A stretch of DNA of 63,781 nt, filler included, from Octopus bimaculoides (taxonomy: Eukaryota): the NCBI RefSeq assembly GCF_001194135.2. It is 5 parts of 4 records of this genome, joined end to end, with 100 filler letters (N's around TTAATTAATTAA, not from the genome) between each part and the next. Parts side by side here need not be neighbours in the genome. Positions count along the whole stretch, not along the records: positions 58,000 to 63,781 come from NC_068986.1; 4 more parts are not named here. One strand, written 5' to 3'. The notes under the pieces are model-generated. The model searched no databases and was not told where the DNA came from. It saw only the letters and a program-made list of their open reading frames with translations. The translations under genes and the position numbers were made by a program. This document shows, piece by piece, positions 61,041 through 63,781 of this stretch (within the stretch, counting starts at the first letter, position 1; each line of letters starts with the position of its first letter).

Positions 61041-63004
61041 GTAGACATATTTTTACAATATCTATGAGTACTTTTCCACTAATCATATTAACAGACACAC
61101 ACGTGTTATTCACTGAGTTACTCGATGAGAATTTTAAGCGTGAGTGATCTCGTTTATTTCATGTGATTTAACCTCCAGTCGTTGAACAGTAGTTGACAAT
61201 TTCCTTTATTCTCTTAATTTTCTGATGTTAAGTCTGATGTTAAGTCTGATGTTTTTGAAAAATATTGAATAATTCACGTTATAAAAATATTTTGGAGAAA
61301 ATATTTTCGTTTTGTTACATAATGAAAATATATTCTTGTATTTTAGCTCATAAAAATTATTCACTTCAATATTTTTTATTGTTTTACCCCAATAAAAATT
61401 CCCTACCAAACAAATTGATATCGAAACTCGATAAACTTCAAAAAGATATCACCATTAGCTAAAGAAGCCGGTTGTTAAACGGCATAAAAAGTTACTTTCA
61501 TCGACCCTCGAAATAAATTTCTAGTATTAAGTATTTTTTGAATAAACAAATACTAAGAGTATTTGTAAGTGTGTGAGATGGTGTGAAATGAGAAACATTT
61601 GGCTGATTTTTACAGTAGGCCAATCAAATTTTTATGCGGAAATAGCGAAATATAGAGAGTGTCGGAAGGAACACGAAGCAGAGACAGTTTTAATATTTTT
61701 ACATCCTTACTTTCATAAAATATTTTCTTTATTTTCTTTATTTTCTTCAACGTGTTTCCTTTATATTTCTGAACTCAACAGAAACAAATGTACTTAAAAT
61801 GGTGTCTACAATGTATAATTATATCTATCATAAAATCAATTTTAGCAGCTTCAAAATGGACTTTATAATAACTGGTCAAACAAATTTTTATATTTGAGTC
61901 TACTCTCAGTATTGAGTCTCGTCATTGGTAAATATTTGTTGTTATTCTAGAAGTTGCTTTCAAATAACAACCTTAATTTATCATTTAATTATGTAAATAA
62001 AATATTAACCATAATTTGACATCTAATTATACTAATAAGGGTAATCTTTATATTCACCTTAACAAAGATGCTTTGTTAAGTTGGGTATAATGATTACTCT
62101 TTGGTATTAATACTACTTCCGTCACAAATAATTAATTTATACTAGTAAAGCTTTTACATCAATATATACCTTTACAATGACAGCTTCAAGTGAACTTCAA
62201 GCTGTCATAGTAAACATTAATTTCCCCGCATAACATTATTAAGTTATATATGCTACTTGAGACGTCAATATTAATACATTTTTCTATACTGCACTTCAAC
62301 AAAAAAAAAAAAAAAGTTAGAGCAAATTACTACTACAAGTAAACCTTTTGCATAAATGACTGCAGTCTCAACAACGATGAAAAATATTCCATCCTCACAA
62401 AAAGGGGTGGGGCAGACATTTAAAAAGAACTGAGAAAATTTCTAAATGTAGGCATCGGAACAAGTCACATTTTGCAACCTGAAAACAGTCGATCGTTGAG
62501 GCATACACTACACTCCTTTAACATGGTTGAGAAGGCATATCAAAGAAGGGCAATACTACCTGTATCTTGTAGTAATGGCGAAAGAAGTTGTGTAGTAAAA
62601 TGCTGAAAAGGTTAAAGGCAGACATTTTCCTCTTTGGTCAAGCTTTCATCGATTTTTCAAGGTCCACCTGGAAAGGAAGATGGGAGTAGAGAAGGGAGTG
62701 TTGTTATCCAGTAAATTTGTCAAATGTTGTGTCACTGAGACGAAAATAGAATATATAGACTTACACTGTACCGGTAGATCGGAGAGCAACAGTCTGGAAT
62801 ACATCTGTGTACCAGGAGGACTGTATCATCCTTGTAGTCATATATTCTATACACTATATATAGTTTTTACTTTATGTTCCTTCTCCTCATTTTCTTCTCA
62901 CCCGATTTTATGTAAACTCTCACAAAAATCGTAACCTATGTTTGTAACGTCTCCTTCATTCAATGTTTCTGGTTTTAAAAAAATGTTGTTGTAATTGTTA
63001 TTAT

Positions 63005-63199
63005 TGCCAGAAACGGTCGCACGCCAGACAAAATACTATCATTTTTTCTGGCTTTACGTTCCGAGTTCAAATGCCGTTGAGGTCAACTTTCCCTTTCATC
63101 CTTTCGGGGCCGATAAAACAAAGTACCAGTCAAGTACAGGGTTCGATGTAATCGACTTGCTCCCTCCTCAAAAAACTGCTGGAATTGTGCCAAACTTAG

Positions 63200-63200
<1 letters not shown>
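63005..63200 (+). mobile_element. SINE family B followed by (TTA)n
   Basis: Central domain GAGGTCAACTTTCCCTTTCATCCTTTCGGGGCCGATAAA. Confidence 0.75.
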
Positions 63201-63279
<79 letters not shown>

Positions 63280-63288
63280 TATTATTAT

Positions 63289-63781
63289 TGAGTGAGAGAC
63301 CAGCGCATGCCATCAAAGTGATACTGGGGTAAAATATACGAAGCCCATTATACCCATCATGACTACCCGTTTGATAAGGGTACACCAGGCGCATGCATCA
63401 CAATCATTTGTGCGCGACATAGTAATCTCATATCAAGATAAACAGCACATGATCTTGCAGGTGGGGCCCAGTTAGAATTTTCATCAGGATGGGTAGCCCA
63501 TCCCACTCAAAAGGTCCTTGAATAAGGGTTGCTTAAGCATGTTGAATGAAACACCTGTTTCCAAAGGTGAATTATCCAAACCCCAAAGAATTCCTCTCAA
63601 CACATGGCTATAGTACTCTCCCACTACTTCTGCTCATGATCAGAGATGCACATATCGTCATCCACCAAAGGACATGCTCAACTGGTTAAGGTCAAACAAC
63701 TGACAAGCAAATCTGTGGTATTGAGTAGAATATTTGCTGTAGCCCATCTTTTTATACCTAGACAAAACAATGTACATGATA
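63289..63781 (+). mobile_element. Unclassified ~500-bp dispersed repeat (copy of 14720-15222)
   Basis: Collinear homology; starts immediately after (TTA)n. Confidence 0.8.

Overview
AT-rich, microsatellite-dense, gap-rich eukaryotic scaffold window. The SINE families suggest an octopod cephalopod (inference). No host protein-coding gene is supported: almost every ORF in the track is a microsatellite, N-gap or decayed-transposon artefact. The window is a mosaic of three main tRNA-derived SINE families, five or more Helitron pieces, Penelope-like (GIY-YIG) fragments, hAT and Tc1/mariner remnants, RTE and R4/Dong-type LINE fragments, a solo LTR and a near full-length Tx1/L1-clade LINE. Main discovery candidate: the Tx1-like LINE (26126-31462, minus) sits, with a 16-bp quasi-palindromic target-site duplication, inside a ~355-bp tandem repeat whose unit carries a type I hammerhead ribozyme (retrozyme-like). 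A diverged empty copy of the same repeat lies at ~10.8-11.4 kb. Second candidate: a three-copy repeat next to Penelope sequence contains all hammerhead core motifs in a non-canonical order, with compensatory base changes. Two further canonical-order hammerheads are present (35.9 kb, 51.8 kb). All RNA structures were folded by eye and none has been tested.
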